A stretch of DNA of 64,000 nucleotides from Alphaproteobacteria bacterium (GTDB lineage: Bacteria; Pseudomonadota; Alphaproteobacteria; Sphingomonadales; JAKSBY01): assembly GCA_021774625.1 (NCBI GenBank), contig JAJFIV010000030.1:493-64492 (forward strand), written 5' to 3'. Every line of letters starts with the position of its first letter. The first letter of the stretch is position 1. The notes beneath the pieces are model-generated. The model saw nothing but the letters and a program-made list of their open reading frames with translations. It searched no databases and was not told where the DNA came from. Position numbers and translations under genes: made by a program. Below are positions 27,260-36,727 of the stretch, one piece after another.

Positions 27260-28807
27260 CTAAATCCGTATATCCAGAACCCGGTCTGATAACAGGGTTC
27301 CGGACGCAATCTGTTCATCCAGGTCATCGCCAAGGAGCGCCATGGCTTCCTGACTGTCTTTATTCGATGCGTTCCCGGTCCCGTCCTGGCCGTGCGATCC
27401 CTGCTGCGCCGACGCTTGTCCGCCCTGCTGTTTCAATGAGAAATTCAGGCTGGCGGAATCGGTTTTGACACCGGCGTCGGTTAACGCCCGTTCAAGGACG
27501 CGGTGATCGCGCTGCAGCAGTTCCAGCGCCTCCTTGTTCTCGGCGACCAGATGAGCCTTCATCCGGCCCTCCGTTCCAAAATCAAGGCGGACTTCGACCC
27601 GGCCCAGTTCCGGCGGATCAATGCGGATGGTGAATGCGCTTTTGCCCTCGGCAACCGCCTTGGTGATCTGCAGGCCGACCTGATGCGTGACCGGTGATGG
27701 CGGCAGCCCATTGCGGCCATAGGCGGCGTGCGCATTGTTTGAAGCCTGCTGGATCGGATTTAACTGTCCCTCGGGCGGCAAGGCGGCTGCATCGGCAGTG
27801 GCGGCGGGGATGGCGCTTTGCCCGGCCGGCGCGGCTTGCCCCGGTTCAACTGTCTGAATATTGGCACCGGGTGGGGAGGCCGGGTTGTTGCCCGTGTTTT
27901 GCGCTGTGACAGTTGTTGTCTGCCCTGTTTGTCCCTGTGATGCGACTGTCGCGCCGTTCGTTTTTATGGTTTTTTCCGCAAATTCCGGTTCGGCAGCCGA
28001 TGGATTTTTACGCTCGACCGCATTTTTCACTGCCTGAGTCAGACCCTGGACTATCTCGGGTGTAGGGGGGCTGCTTGCGGAATCCAGATTTGCGAGAGCC
28101 GGGACCGTGGTGGTCTTTCCTGCCGTCCCGGCAATCGCCTGCGGGGTCGTCTGGCCGGCCACAGTCTCACCGTCCAGGGCCGGTGTAATAATTTGCGGGT
28201 TTTGAACGCTGGGCGGAACTGTCGGTTCGGGCGCGGCGGGCGCCGTCAATTGCTGCGGCTGAGCGGAAGGCGTAATCGTCCGGATGTTTATAATGGGTGG
28301 TACGATGCCGGGTTTGGTGAACGGGTCAGATGCGCTGACCAGTGCGGCAACCGCCTCACTTCCATCCACAACCGGTTCTTTGAGGCCGGTTTCCGGCAGG
28401 GCTGGCAATGCTTCTCCACCGGGTGTGGAAACAGCGGGTGTGACTGTGACGTTCGGAGCCGTCACCGGCGACAGAACCAGCCCTTCGGGAAGAATGGTTG
28501 CATTGATAAGAGATGCCGGCGGACCGGCGGCCCCGGAAACTTGCTGCTTTTGCAGGCCCTGCGGGTTGGGCGCAGCCGGAGCGCTTTGTGTTTGTGCGAT
28601 TTTTCCGTTGGGTAAAAGGCGGAAGGCCTGGGGCAGGGCGGGTTTTGCTCCGCCTGCCGTCTGCCCGGCAGGATTTTCCCCGTTCATGATCGGAGTGAAT
28701 CCCGATTTCCCCGCCGCGAGAAGTCCCTGCACAGACGACCCTTTGCCGCTGAGCCCCAGGCTTAGCAGCAAATTATTGATCGCAGATGTGGGACTGAGCG
28801 TTATCAT
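27260..28807 (-). CDS. fliK: flagellar hook-length control protein FliK
   Basis: Pro/Ala/Thr-rich ruler region. C-terminal Flg_hook core FTIRIDPPELGRVEVRLDFGTEGRMKAHLVAENKEALELLQRDHRVLERALTDAGV. The start is moved to ATG 28807 because the TTG at 28837 lies upstream of the predicted sigma-54 transcription start. Confidence 0.85.
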   Translation of the reverse strand: MITLSPTSAINNLLLSLGLSGKGSSVQGLLAAGKSGFTPIMNGENPAGQTAGGAKPALPQAFRLLPNGKIAQTQSAPAAPNPQGLQKQQVSGAAGPPASLINATILPEGLVLSPVTAPNVTVTPAVSTPGGEALPALPETGLKEPVVDGSEAVAALVSASDPFTKPGIVPPIINIRTITPSAQPQQLTAPAAPEPTVPPSVQNPQIITPALDGETVAGQTTPQAIAGTAGKTTTVPALANLDSASSPPTPEIVQGLTQAVKNAVERKNPSAAEPEFAEKTIKTNGATVASQGQTGQTTTVTAQNTGNNPASPPGANIQTVEPGQAAPAGQSAIPAATADAAALPPEGQLNPIQQASNNAHAAYGRNGLPPSPVTHQVGLQITKAVAEGKSAFTIRIDPPELGRVEVRLDFGTEGRMKAHLVAENKEALELLQRDHRVLERALTDAGVKTDSASLNFSLKQQGGQASAQQGSHGQDGTGNASNKDSQEAMALLGDDLDEQIASGTLLSDRVLDIRI

Positions 28808-28842
28808 TTCATACCCGTTGCAAAAATATTCACTCAATTAAA

Positions 28843-28858
28843 AGCAAGAGCCGGGCCA
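28843..28858 (-). promoter_or_regulatory. sigma-54 (-24/-12) promoter of the fliK-flgD-flgE operon
   Basis: The minus strand reads CTGGCCCGGCTCTTGCT. This matches YTGGCACGrNNNTTGCW with correct GG/GC spacing and one mismatch. It lies about 35-50 nt upstream of ATG 28807. Confidence 0.7.
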
Positions 28859-28944
28859 GTTTTGCTGTTAACAATAAAGCATTGAAATTAAATGTTATTT
28901 TTTTTCAGATGGAAAAATGCTGATGATATGGGAAGCCGGAGTCG

Positions 28945-28957
28945 GCAAATCCTGCCA
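28945..28957. promoter_or_regulatory. dyad GGCA-N5-TGCC, candidate FlbD (bEBP) enhancer site
   Basis: GGCAAATCCTGCC lies about 90-100 bp upstream of the -24 element, separated from it by a visibly AT-rich tract (28862-28915) that could be an IHF/bending site. Confidence 0.3.
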
Positions 28958-29039
28958 ATAGGATGGGCGGCTTTTTCCGTGCTCCGGTAAACTATGCTAT
29001 CTTCTTGCTTATCGCGCCTTTGAGTCTATATATGCCGCC

Positions 29040-30227
29040 ATGAACGACATTCTGACCATACCGGAAACCCTGTTTGCGCCCCGACGGTCCGGCGAAGTCA
29101 ATTCGCTGGGCTTTGACCGGGCGCCCGCAGACACGCGGGTGGTGGTCGCCATGTCCGGCGGCGTGGACAGTTCTGTCACCGCGGCTCTGCTGAAAGAACA
29201 GGGTTATGAAGTGATCGGCATTACGCTGCAGCTTTATGATCACGGTATCGCAGTGCAGAAAAAGGGGGCGTGTTGCGCCGGACAGGATATCCATGATGCC
29301 CGCAAGGTGGCGGAAACCATCGGCATTCCCCATTATGTGCTGGATTATGAAAGCCGCTTTCGCGATCAGGTGATGGAGGATTTCGCCGACAGCTATATCC
29401 GCGGCGAGACGCCTATTCCCTGCGTGACTTGTAACCAGACCGTCAAATTCAAGGATCTGCTGGCGACCGCCCGTGATCTGGGGGCCGATTGTCTGGCGAC
29501 CGGTCATTATATTCAAAGCGCGGCGGGGGAAGGTGGCCATCGGCGCCTGATGAAGGCCGTCGATGACGGCCGCGACCAGAGCTATTTTCTGTTCGCAACC
29601 ACGCAGGAACAGCTGGATTATCTGCGCTTTCCGCTGGGCGGCCTGAAAAAAGATCAGGTGCGCGCGCTCGCTGCCCGCTATGACCTGCCGGTGGCGGCAA
29701 AGCCCGACAGTCAGGATATCTGTTTTGTGCCGCAGGGAAAATATACCAGTGTCATCGAACGCCTGCGGCCCGGCGCGGCGGAACCCGGAGATATCGTTCA
29801 TCTGGATGGCCGGAAAATGGGCAGACATGACGGCATTATCCATTTCACCATCGGTCAGCGCCGCGGCATCGGCGTTGGCGGTGAGGCCGATCCACTGTTT
29901 GTGGTTGCCCTGCGCCCCGAACAAAAACAGGTGGTGGTCGGCCCGCGGGAAGCCTTGCAAACGGCTGCAATCGATTTGCGCGGAGTTAACTGGCTCGGCA
30001 GCGAGGTGCCGAAGGACGGCCTCGCCATGACCGTCCGCATCCGCTCCACCCGCCCGCCGGTCCCAGCGCGGCTTTTTTGGCCGGAAAATGGCGCGCCGGA
30101 AGTGGCTTTCGACAGCCCGGAAGAAGGCGTCTCACCCGGTCAGGCTTGTGTTTTCTATCTGGATAACCGTGTTCTTGGCGGCGGCTGGATCGCAAAAGCC
30201 CGCTCTGCCTACCCGGAAAGATCCTAA
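29040..30227 (+). CDS. mnmA: tRNA 2-thiouridine(34) synthase MnmA
   Basis: PP-loop [18 protein letters not shown]; CVTCN and ATGHY motifs. Confidence 0.95.
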   Translation: MNDILTIPETLFAPRRSGEVNSLGFDRAPADTRVVVAMSGGVDSSVTAALLKEQGYEVIGITLQLYDHGIAVQKKGACCAGQDIHDARKVAETIGIPHYVLDYESRFRDQVMEDFADSYIRGETPIPCVTCNQTVKFKDLLATARDLGADCLATGHYIQSAAGEGGHRRLMKAVDDGRDQSYFLFATTQEQLDYLRFPLGGLKKDQVRALAARYDLPVAAKPDSQDICFVPQGKYTSVIERLRPGAAEPGDIVHLDGRKMGRHDGIIHFTIGQRRGIGVGGEADPLFVVALRPEQKQVVVGPREALQTAAIDLRGVNWLGSEVPKDGLAMTVRIRSTRPPVPARLFWPENGAPEVAFDSPEEGVSPGQACVFYLDNRVLGGGWIAKARSAYPERS

Positions 30228-30916
30228 ACGGCTAAATTGATACCGAATTGTTTTGAAAGAGCCGTCCGGCCGCTTTCGGTAATAATCAGTGAGCGGTCTT
30301 CCGCCCGCCTTTTCAGCCAGCCTCTTGTGAAAAAGCCGTTTGCGACGGCTGCGCCGAGCGAGCCGGCCATATGCATGCGCCGTTCACTCCAGTCAAGACA
30401 GGGATAGGCAAACTTTCTCCGCTTCTTCAACTCGTCCTCAAAATCGACACCAAGGCCGGTGAAAAATATTTTGCCCTGGCGGGTGATCTGAAACCGGTCA
30501 GGCTCTTCAAGAATGTAGCCGCGGCCCGCCAGGCTGTCGGTGACTGCGACTCCCAACCGGCCCGCCAGATGATCGTAACAGGTGCGCGCAAGGCGCATGG
30601 CGCTCTCGTTATCCGCCCGCCGTCTTTTCGGATTGGGCTGATTGCTGGCTACCTGCATCATGGCCTCAATGGCTGCCGCGATATCCGCATTCGCCAGCCG
30701 GTAATATTTGTGACGGCCCCTCTTATCGACATCAATCAGTCCGGCGGCCAAAAGCTTTTTTAAATGGCTGCTGGCGGTCTGGGGTGTCACCCCGGCGGCG
30801 AACGCCAGTTCCGTGGCGGGCAAGGCAAGACCCCCCATCAAAGCCATAACCATGCTGGTGCGTGCCGGATCTCCCAGCAAAGCAGCGAATTCAGAAATAT
30901 TCGGTCCTGCAATCAT
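30224..30916 (-). CDS. ArsR-family winged-helix transcriptional regulator with a C-terminal extension
   Basis: [61 protein letters not shown]. Confidence 0.75.
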   Translation of the reverse strand: MIAGPNISEFAALLGDPARTSMVMALMGGLALPATELAFAAGVTPQTASSHLKKLLAAGLIDVDKRGRHKYYRLANADIAAAIEAMMQVASNQPNPKRRRADNESAMRLARTCYDHLAGRLGVAVTDSLAGRGYILEEPDRFQITRQGKIFFTGLGVDFEDELKKRRKFAYPCLDWSERRMHMAGSLGAAVANGFFTRGWLKRRAEDRSLIITESGRTALSKQFGINLAV

Positions 30917-31003
30917 ACTTCGATGATATCCGAAGCATAAATGTTCCGCAAGGGTTTATAGAATGTCAGAAGGCCACTGTGGGAAAATCAGGAGGAAATT
31001 ATT

Positions 31004-32374
31004 GTGGACATAAAAAAATTGCTTGCGGGTTCGCTCGTAATTGCCGGGCTTTTTAACCCGTTTTCAATTGCAAAATCCGAGGAGCATCTGCGAATGATCA
31101 TCTGCCCGGAATATCCGGATATTTTCGTTCGTCATTTTCCGGCGGCGAAGGGCGCAAAGCCGGAAAATCCGGTGATCTTTATCCATGGATCAAGCTTCCC
31201 GTCTGCTCTGTCCATCGCTTTCGATCTGCCGGGCGGTTCAGGTATGGACCGTCTTTCCAATAATGGGTTTGACATGTGGGCCTTCGATTTTGCCGGCTAT
31301 GGCGGATCCGGGCGCTATCCGCAAATGGCGGAACCGGCGGCAGCCAACTCACCGGTCGGCGATGCGGACGATGCCGCCCGGCAGCTTTCCTGTGTGATTG
31401 ATCATGTGCTGTCGCAAACCGGCGCCCGGCAGGTTTCGCTGTTTGCGCATTCCGCCGGCACCATGCCCGCGGGCCTCTATGCCGGACAATATTCCGGGAA
31501 AATCGACCGTCTGGTTCTGTTTGGTCCGGTCGCGGAACGGCAGCCGGGCAGCGACAGTCTGGAATATCCCGAGAGCGCCTGGGAACTTGTCACCAATGAC
31601 GATCAATATGATAGCTTTGTCAGGGATGTGCCGGCGGATGCTGATCCGGTCTTCAGCAAACAGACAATGGCGCTTTGGGGCACGGCGTATCTTGCCGGTG
31701 ACCCGGCAAGCGCACAGCGCACGCCTCCGGCCGTCAAGGTTCCCACGGGCCTGATCAGGGACGTGATTGCGGCCTGGAACGGCCGTCTGGTCTATGATCC
31801 TGCACTCATTACGGCCCCCACGCTGATTATTTATGGCGAATGGGACGGGGTGACCACTGATGAGGATGCATTATGGCTTTATGGGGGCTTAAAAAATGCC
31901 CGTTCCAGGCATATGGTGCGATTGCCCGAAGGGACCCACCGTATGCATCTGGAAGAAAACCGGGGAGCGCTATACCGCGCTGTGGAAAATTTTCTCAGGA
32001 ATGAGGAAGTGAAAGGAGAAAATGTGAAGGAAAACGCAATGATTGGCGTCTTGTTTGAAGTGATTCCGAAGGCTGCCGGTAAGGAAGCATATCTTGATCT
32101 GGCCGCAGAACTCCGCCCCGAGCTGGATAAAGTGGATGGATTTATCTCGATCGAGCGGTTTCAGAGCCTGAACAACCCCGACAAGGTTCTGTCCCTGTCA
32201 TTCTGGCGCGATGAACGGGCGGTCGCCCAATGGCGGGCGCATCTTGGGCACCAAAATGCCCAAAACCGGGGCCGGAGCGAACTGTTTGCGGATTATCACA
32301 TTCGAATCATGCAGGTGATCCGGGAATATGGGATGAAGCCAGTTCCGACAGCGCCTTTAGTCCGGCCTGAATGA
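31004..32374 (+). CDS. signal-peptide-bearing alpha/beta hydrolase fused to a C-terminal ABM (antibiotic biosynthesis monooxygenase-like) domain
   Basis: GTG start 8 nt after GGAGG. N-terminus MDIKKLLAGSLVIAGLFNPFSIAKS. Nucleophile-elbow-like FAHSAGT. The C-terminal roughly 100 aa (IGVLFEVIPKAAGKEAYLDLAAEL..FISIERFQS..LSLSFWRDERAVAQWR) look ABM-like. Confidence 0.6.
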   Translation: MDIKKLLAGSLVIAGLFNPFSIAKSEEHLRMIICPEYPDIFVRHFPAAKGAKPENPVIFIHGSSFPSALSIAFDLPGGSGMDRLSNNGFDMWAFDFAGYGGSGRYPQMAEPAAANSPVGDADDAARQLSCVIDHVLSQTGARQVSLFAHSAGTMPAGLYAGQYSGKIDRLVLFGPVAERQPGSDSLEYPESAWELVTNDDQYDSFVRDVPADADPVFSKQTMALWGTAYLAGDPASAQRTPPAVKVPTGLIRDVIAAWNGRLVYDPALITAPTLIIYGEWDGVTTDEDALWLYGGLKNARSRHMVRLPEGTHRMHLEENRGALYRAVENFLRNEEVKGENVKENAMIGVLFEVIPKAAGKEAYLDLAAELRPELDKVDGFISIERFQSLNNPDKVLSLSFWRDERAVAQWRAHLGHQNAQNRGRSELFADYHIRIMQVIREYGMKPVPTAPLVRPE

Positions 32375-32467
32375 ACTTCACATGCAAGTGACTACAGATT
32401 CTGGCAATCGTTCCTATTTCTATGCTATGCTATGCTGGGTTCGGAATTTTCATGGAAGGTGAGAATT

Positions 32468-33172
32468 ATGAAACAAATTGCCGCAAATCTAATCGGATTA
32501 CTGGCGTTTCTGGCCTTTACCGCGTCCGCACCTGCCCTTGCCGGTGACGGGATAAGAGGCTTCGGCGGTCATCATGGAGGCTTCGGCGGTCATCACGGCC
32601 TGCGCCACAGCGGCATTCAGTTCGGTAATCACGCCGGGCATCTGGCAAGCCGTATCGCCATTGATCCGCTGGGCCGGTATAGCGGGTATTATCCCTATGG
32701 CGGCTTTAGTTCCTATGGCGGGTTTTCTTCTTCTTTTGGTTATAGATCCCGCAACTATTATGGCGCTGGTTATAACGGTTTTAATGGCGGCGGCCGCCGC
32801 TATGGCTCGCCCTATTATCCCGGCCCGGCCCCGGTGTTGTCCGCTGCTCCCGGTTATTCGTCGGAACCTTATGCCTCCCGCCGGTCCACCTATTCTGCCG
32901 GTGGCGACGGGGGCAGCTATCCTACCCGGCCATTGGGTGCTGCAGCGAATTATCAGGCGAGCGAATATGACGGACCGGTTGACGAAGACTATGGCCCGGA
33001 CGAAAATCATGCTGCGGCGCCGGCGGCGTTGCCCGATGGCTGCGAACGGGTTTCCAAATGGGGCCGCGACGATTATGGCAAACGCGCCCGCATCGGCGGC
33101 ACTCTCTGTTATGATGAACATGGCCAGGGCTTTATCGTTGAAGGCAGCCGCTCTGTGATCGGTTACCGGTAA
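32468..33172 (+). CDS. secreted Gly/Tyr/Ser/His-rich low-complexity protein
   Basis: ATG 32468 follows GGAAGGTGAG. Signal peptide MKQIAANLIGLLAFLAFTASAPALA. Repeats GFGGHHG x2 and YGGFSS x2. The C-terminal roughly 50 aa are non-repetitive with two Cys. Confidence 0.6.
   Translation: MKQIAANLIGLLAFLAFTASAPALAGDGIRGFGGHHGGFGGHHGLRHSGIQFGNHAGHLASRIAIDPLGRYSGYYPYGGFSSYGGFSSSFGYRSRNYYGAGYNGFNGGGRRYGSPYYPGPAPVLSAAPGYSSEPYASRRSTYSAGGDGGSYPTRPLGAAANYQASEYDGPVDEDYGPDENHAAAPAALPDGCERVSKWGRDDYGKRARIGGTLCYDEHGQGFIVEGSRSVIGYR
32558..32599 (+). repeat. 2 x 21 bp tandem repeat (GGCTTCGGCGGTCATCAYGGN) inside the Gly-rich gene
   Basis: 19 of 21 positions are identical between the copies. A second 2 x 18 bp tandem (TATGGCGGNTTT..) lies at about 32696-32731. 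Confidence 0.8.
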
Positions 33173-33227
33173 CCCACGTCATTCGACAGGCTCAGGACGA
33201 ACATTCTCGCTTAGTGTCCAGGGCTTT

Positions 33228-33647
33228 TTATCCGGTCTGCTTTGACCGCCGGAACATATCCGTTGCGATATCGTCTAGCCGGGTCTGTTCTTTTCGTTCG
33301 GCCTTGTAGCGTTCTTTTTCTGCGGCCCGGTCGCGGGCGATTTCAAATTTCTTTAATTCCTGAAAGGCCGCGGCGACTTCATCTTTTTTGGCTTCGATGA
33401 CGGGTTCCATTTCAGCGATGGATTTTTCCAGGGTATTGCGGCGTTCAATTACCGCCCGGGCATAGGAACCGTAAAGACTGATCACAACACTTTTGGCTGC
33501 CGTCTTTTGTTCCCGGACTATTTCCTCTTCCAGCGCCCTGACCTGTTCCCTGAGGCCGTCCTGCATATTTTCCAGTTCCGCAAGTTCCCGCTGTTTTTCA
33601 TCCAGATTCCATTTTTGCAGCCGGATCATGCCGTCAATGCCCTTCAT
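33228..33647 (-). CDS. fliJ: flagellar export chaperone FliJ
   Basis: 139 aa, charged coiled coil. Starts 3 nt after the fliI stop. Confidence 0.7.
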   Translation of the reverse strand: MKGIDGMIRLQKWNLDEKQRELAELENMQDGLREQVRALEEEIVREQKTAAKSVVISLYGSYARAVIERRNTLEKSIAEMEPVIEAKKDEVAAAFQELKKFEIARDRAAEKERYKAERKEQTRLDDIATDMFRRSKQTG

Positions 33648-33650
33648 AAA

Positions 33651-34997
33651 TTATGCTCCTGCTTTCCGGTTTTCTGCTTCGGGTGTGCTGGCGAGTATGT
33701 CCGCAAGAATATTGCAGCCATCGGCAAGACTTGTCCGTTCATCTTTGTTCTGTCCCAAAAATTCTTCCAGCGCCGCGTTATAGTGAATGGCTTCATCCAC
33801 ATCCGCACTGGAGCCGGGCCGGTAGGCGCCGAGCCGGATCATTTCCTCCATATCCGCATAGGTGGCGAGAAGCTGGCGGGCGCGTGTGACCAATGCGTTT
33901 TCCTGCTCCGAATTACATTGCGGCATGGTCCGGGAAATGGATTTCAGGACATTGATCGCCGGATAGCGGCCGCGCTCGGCGATGGCGCGGTCCATCACGA
34001 TATGGCCGTCCAGAATGCCGCGCACGGCATCGGCCACCGGCTCATTATGATCATCCCCCTCAACCAGCACCGTGAACAGCCCGGTGATATTGCCCTTGCC
34101 CTGCGGTCCGGGGCCGGCGCGCTCCAGCAGTTTTGGCAGTTCGGCAAAGACGGTCGGCGTATAGCCTTTGGAGGCCGGCGGTTCGCCGCCCGCCAGGCCA
34201 ATTTCCCGCTGCGCCATGGCAAAGCGGGTCACGCTGTCCATCAGACACAGCACTTCTTTTTTCCGGTCCCGGAAAAATTCCGAAAGGGTCAGCGTCAGAT
34301 ACGCGGCCTGGCGGCGCATCAGCGCCGATTCATCGGACGTCGCGACCACAACCACGGACCGGGCAAGCCCGTCCACCCCCAGATCATCTTCAAGAAATTC
34401 CTGAACTTCCCGTCCCCGTTCACCGATCAGCCCAATAATACTGATATCGGTTGCGGTATAACGGGCGAGCATGGAAAGCAGCACCGACTTGCCGACGCCG
34501 GAGCCGGAAAAAATCCCCATGCGCTGGCCGCCACAGCAACTGATGAAACTGTTGAGCGCGCGGACTCCGAGATCCAGCTTTGCGCCGACCCTTTGCCGAA
34601 TGTGAGCGGGCGGCGGCTTGCCGCGCAGGGCATAGCCAACGGGTCCTTTTTCCAGCGGCCCTTTGCCGTCGATGGGCTCGCCCATGGCATTCAGCACCCG
34701 GCCCAGCCAGCGGTCGGTAGGATAAACCACCGGGTCGGAATTGGCGATCATCGCCTTACAGCCCATGCCGACGCCTTCAAGGGATGAATAAGGCATGGCC
34801 AGCGCCCGGCCTTCCCGGAAACCGACGACTTCGCAGGGGACATTCAGATTGTTGCGGCTTTCAATTTCCAGCCGTCCGCCAATGGCGAGACTGTTGCGGG
34901 CGCCGGCAATTTCAACCAGCAGCCCCTGAATGCCGGCCACCCGGCCATAACGTTCATCTGCGGGCAGGCGTTCAATTTCAGAGATCAGACTTTGCAA
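33651..34997 (-). CDS. fliI: flagellum-specific ATPase FliI
   Basis: Walker [17 protein letters not shown] and Walker [15 protein letters not shown] start. Confidence 0.95.
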   Translation of the reverse strand: MQSLISEIERLPADERYGRVAGIQGLLVEIAGARNSLAIGGRLEIESRNNLNVPCEVVGFREGRALAMPYSSLEGVGMGCKAMIANSDPVVYPTDRWLGRVLNAMGEPIDGKGPLEKGPVGYALRGKPPPAHIRQRVGAKLDLGVRALNSFISCCGGQRMGIFSGSGVGKSVLLSMLARYTATDISIIGLIGERGREVQEFLEDDLGVDGLARSVVVVATSDESALMRRQAAYLTLTLSEFFRDRKKEVLCLMDSVTRFAMAQREIGLAGGEPPASKGYTPTVFAELPKLLERAGPGPQGKGNITGLFTVLVEGDDHNEPVADAVRGILDGHIVMDRAIAERGRYPAINVLKSISRTMPQCNSEQENALVTRARQLLATYADMEEMIRLGAYRPGSSADVDEAIHYNAALEEFLGQNKDERTSLADGCNILADILASTPEAENRKAGA

Positions 34998-35110
34998 AAG
35001 GATTACTCACAATAAAACAATTTCCGGTGGTGTCACCGGCGCTCTCAACCTGAACTATGCGGCGAAGGCTTTAAGGATCGGTAAAACCGGATCAGAAAAT
35101 GTGAGAAAAT

Positions 35111-35851
35111 TTATTGAAACTCGACCCCGTGTTTTTTCAGGGAGGTCTGCAAACCTTTTATGGCCTTTGTGATAGCCGTTTCGTCCGTGGAGCGAACCAC
35201 CAGGCTGGTTCCTAAACGGCCCTCCCGGAAAAACGGATAACTGCCAATGGCGACAGCGGGCGAACGGTTTTGCAGATCGGTCAGCAACTCCGCAACATTG
35301 CTTTCCCCGGTGAAGGCGACCACTGTCTGTGAGAGTACCGGTTTGCCCCCGGTAAGGCGGTGTTTGAGATGCGGCAGCATGGCCTGCATGACCATGGGAA
35401 CGCCGGCCAGCACAAATACATTTTCGATCTGAAAACCTGGCGCGATGCTGACTTCATTTTCGATCAGCGTTGCGCCTTCCGGCACCCGGGCCATGCGTTT
35501 CCGGGCGTCAGTAAATTTATCCCGGCCGTAATGGTCTTCCATGGCGCGCATCGCGTCAGGGTGAAAATGAAGATCGCAGTCAAAAGCATAAGCGATGGAG
35601 TCAGCGGTGATGTCATCATGGGTGGGGCCGATGCCGCCGGTGGTGAAAACATAGTCGAAGGCGGCACGACAATGATTGACCGTCTCCGCGATCATTTCCT
35701 TCACATCCGGTATAACCCGGACTTCCTGCAGCCGGATACCGCAATCGTTGAGAAAGATGGCGAGATGGGCGAGATTCTTATCCTGGGTCCGGCCCGAAAG
35801 AATTTCGTCACCGATAATGATGAGCGCCGCCGTGACGATTTTTTCTGACAT
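35111..35851 (-). CDS. CinA-like molybdopterin-binding (MoCF_BD) domain protein
   Basis: AALIIIGDEILSGRTQDKNLAHLA.., FTTGGIGPTHDDITADS. Confidence 0.75.
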   Translation of the reverse strand: MSEKIVTAALIIIGDEILSGRTQDKNLAHLAIFLNDCGIRLQEVRVIPDVKEMIAETVNHCRAAFDYVFTTGGIGPTHDDITADSIAYAFDCDLHFHPDAMRAMEDHYGRDKFTDARKRMARVPEGATLIENEVSIAPGFQIENVFVLAGVPMVMQAMLPHLKHRLTGGKPVLSQTVVAFTGESNVAELLTDLQNRSPAVAIGSYPFFREGRLGTSLVVRSTDETAITKAIKGLQTSLKKHGVEFQ

Positions 35852-35929
35852 AGAGATTTTAATCCAGTGGTGACCGGCGCTTCAATCTGTCTTATGGTGC
35901 CCCTGAATGCAAGCATTGGGAGCAAGACC

Positions 35930-36721
35930 ATGAAAATTTCGGCTGTGATTTTTGCGGGTGCGTTGACGGTGGCGACATCGGCGGCATCTTTTGCGGATGG
36001 TGAGAGGATTATTGATCTCAGCTATCCCTATGATGACAGCACTGTTTACTGGCCCAACGCCGACAAGCTTAAGCGGGAAACCATCAATGAAGGCATGACC
36101 GATCTGGGTTTTTTCTATTCCGCCTTTAAATTCAGCATGGCGGAACATGGCGGCACCCATCTGGATGCGCCCTATCATTTTGATCGCAACGGCCAGACGC
36201 TGGAACAGATTCCGCTGGAAAATCTGGTAGGGGATGCGGTGGTGATCGATGTTTCGGCAAAGGCGCTGCAGGACCGTGACTATCTGATCGGCCGCGCCGA
36301 TATCGAAGCCTGGGAAGCGGCACATGGCAGACTGCCGGATGGCATCATCCTCCTGTTCCGCACCGGCTGGGGCGGGCGTTACTGGCCCGATGCGGAAGGT
36401 TATCTGGGGACGGCCGAACGCGGGCAGGAGGCAACGCAATATCTGCATTTTCCGGGTCTCAACCCCGATGCGGCCCGCTGGCTAACGGCGGACCGCAACG
36501 TTAAAGCGGTCGGCATCGATACGGCGAGCATCGATTACGGCCAGTCCCGGACCTATCAAACCCATCAGATTCTGGCCGCAAAAAATATTCCTATTTTCGA
36601 AAATGTCGGCTATGTGGACGGCCTGCCGGAAACCGGGTTCCGCATTGTCGCCCTGCCGGTGAAAATAGCCGGCGGGTCCGGCGGTCCGCTGCGCATTATC
36701 GCCATCGTGCCGGAACAATAG
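35930..36721 (+). CDS. secreted cyclase-family protein (kynurenine-formamidase-like fold)
   Basis: ATG 35930 follows GGGAG. Signal peptide MKISAVIFAGALTVATSAASFA. HGGTHLDAPYHF motif. Confidence 0.7.
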   Translation: MKISAVIFAGALTVATSAASFADGERIIDLSYPYDDSTVYWPNADKLKRETINEGMTDLGFFYSAFKFSMAEHGGTHLDAPYHFDRNGQTLEQIPLENLVGDAVVIDVSAKALQDRDYLIGRADIEAWEAAHGRLPDGIILLFRTGWGGRYWPDAEGYLGTAERGQEATQYLHFPGLNPDAARWLTADRNVKAVGIDTASIDYGQSRTYQTHQILAAKNIPIFENVGYVDGLPETGFRIVALPVKIAGGSGGPLRIIAIVPEQ

Positions 36722-36727
36722 AGGGCA

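Noticed and set aside
28837-28837. TTG start used by the ORF track for fliK (MSEYFCNGYEM...)
   Set aside because: It lies only about 6 nt downstream of the -12 element of the sigma-54 promoter, so it is upstream of the expected transcription start. ATG 28807 was used instead.
28941-28960. TTGGCAGGATTTGCC read on the minus strand as a second sigma-54 promoter
   Set aside because: The GG-to-GC spacing is 10 nt instead of 12. It is better read as a GGCA-N5-TGCC dyad, a possible enhancer site.
32421-32436. TATGC x3 microsatellite upstream of the Gly-rich gene
   Set aside because: It has only three units and no spacer structure. It is not a CRISPR array and is too short to call a phase-variation tract, so it is noted only as part of the promoter region.
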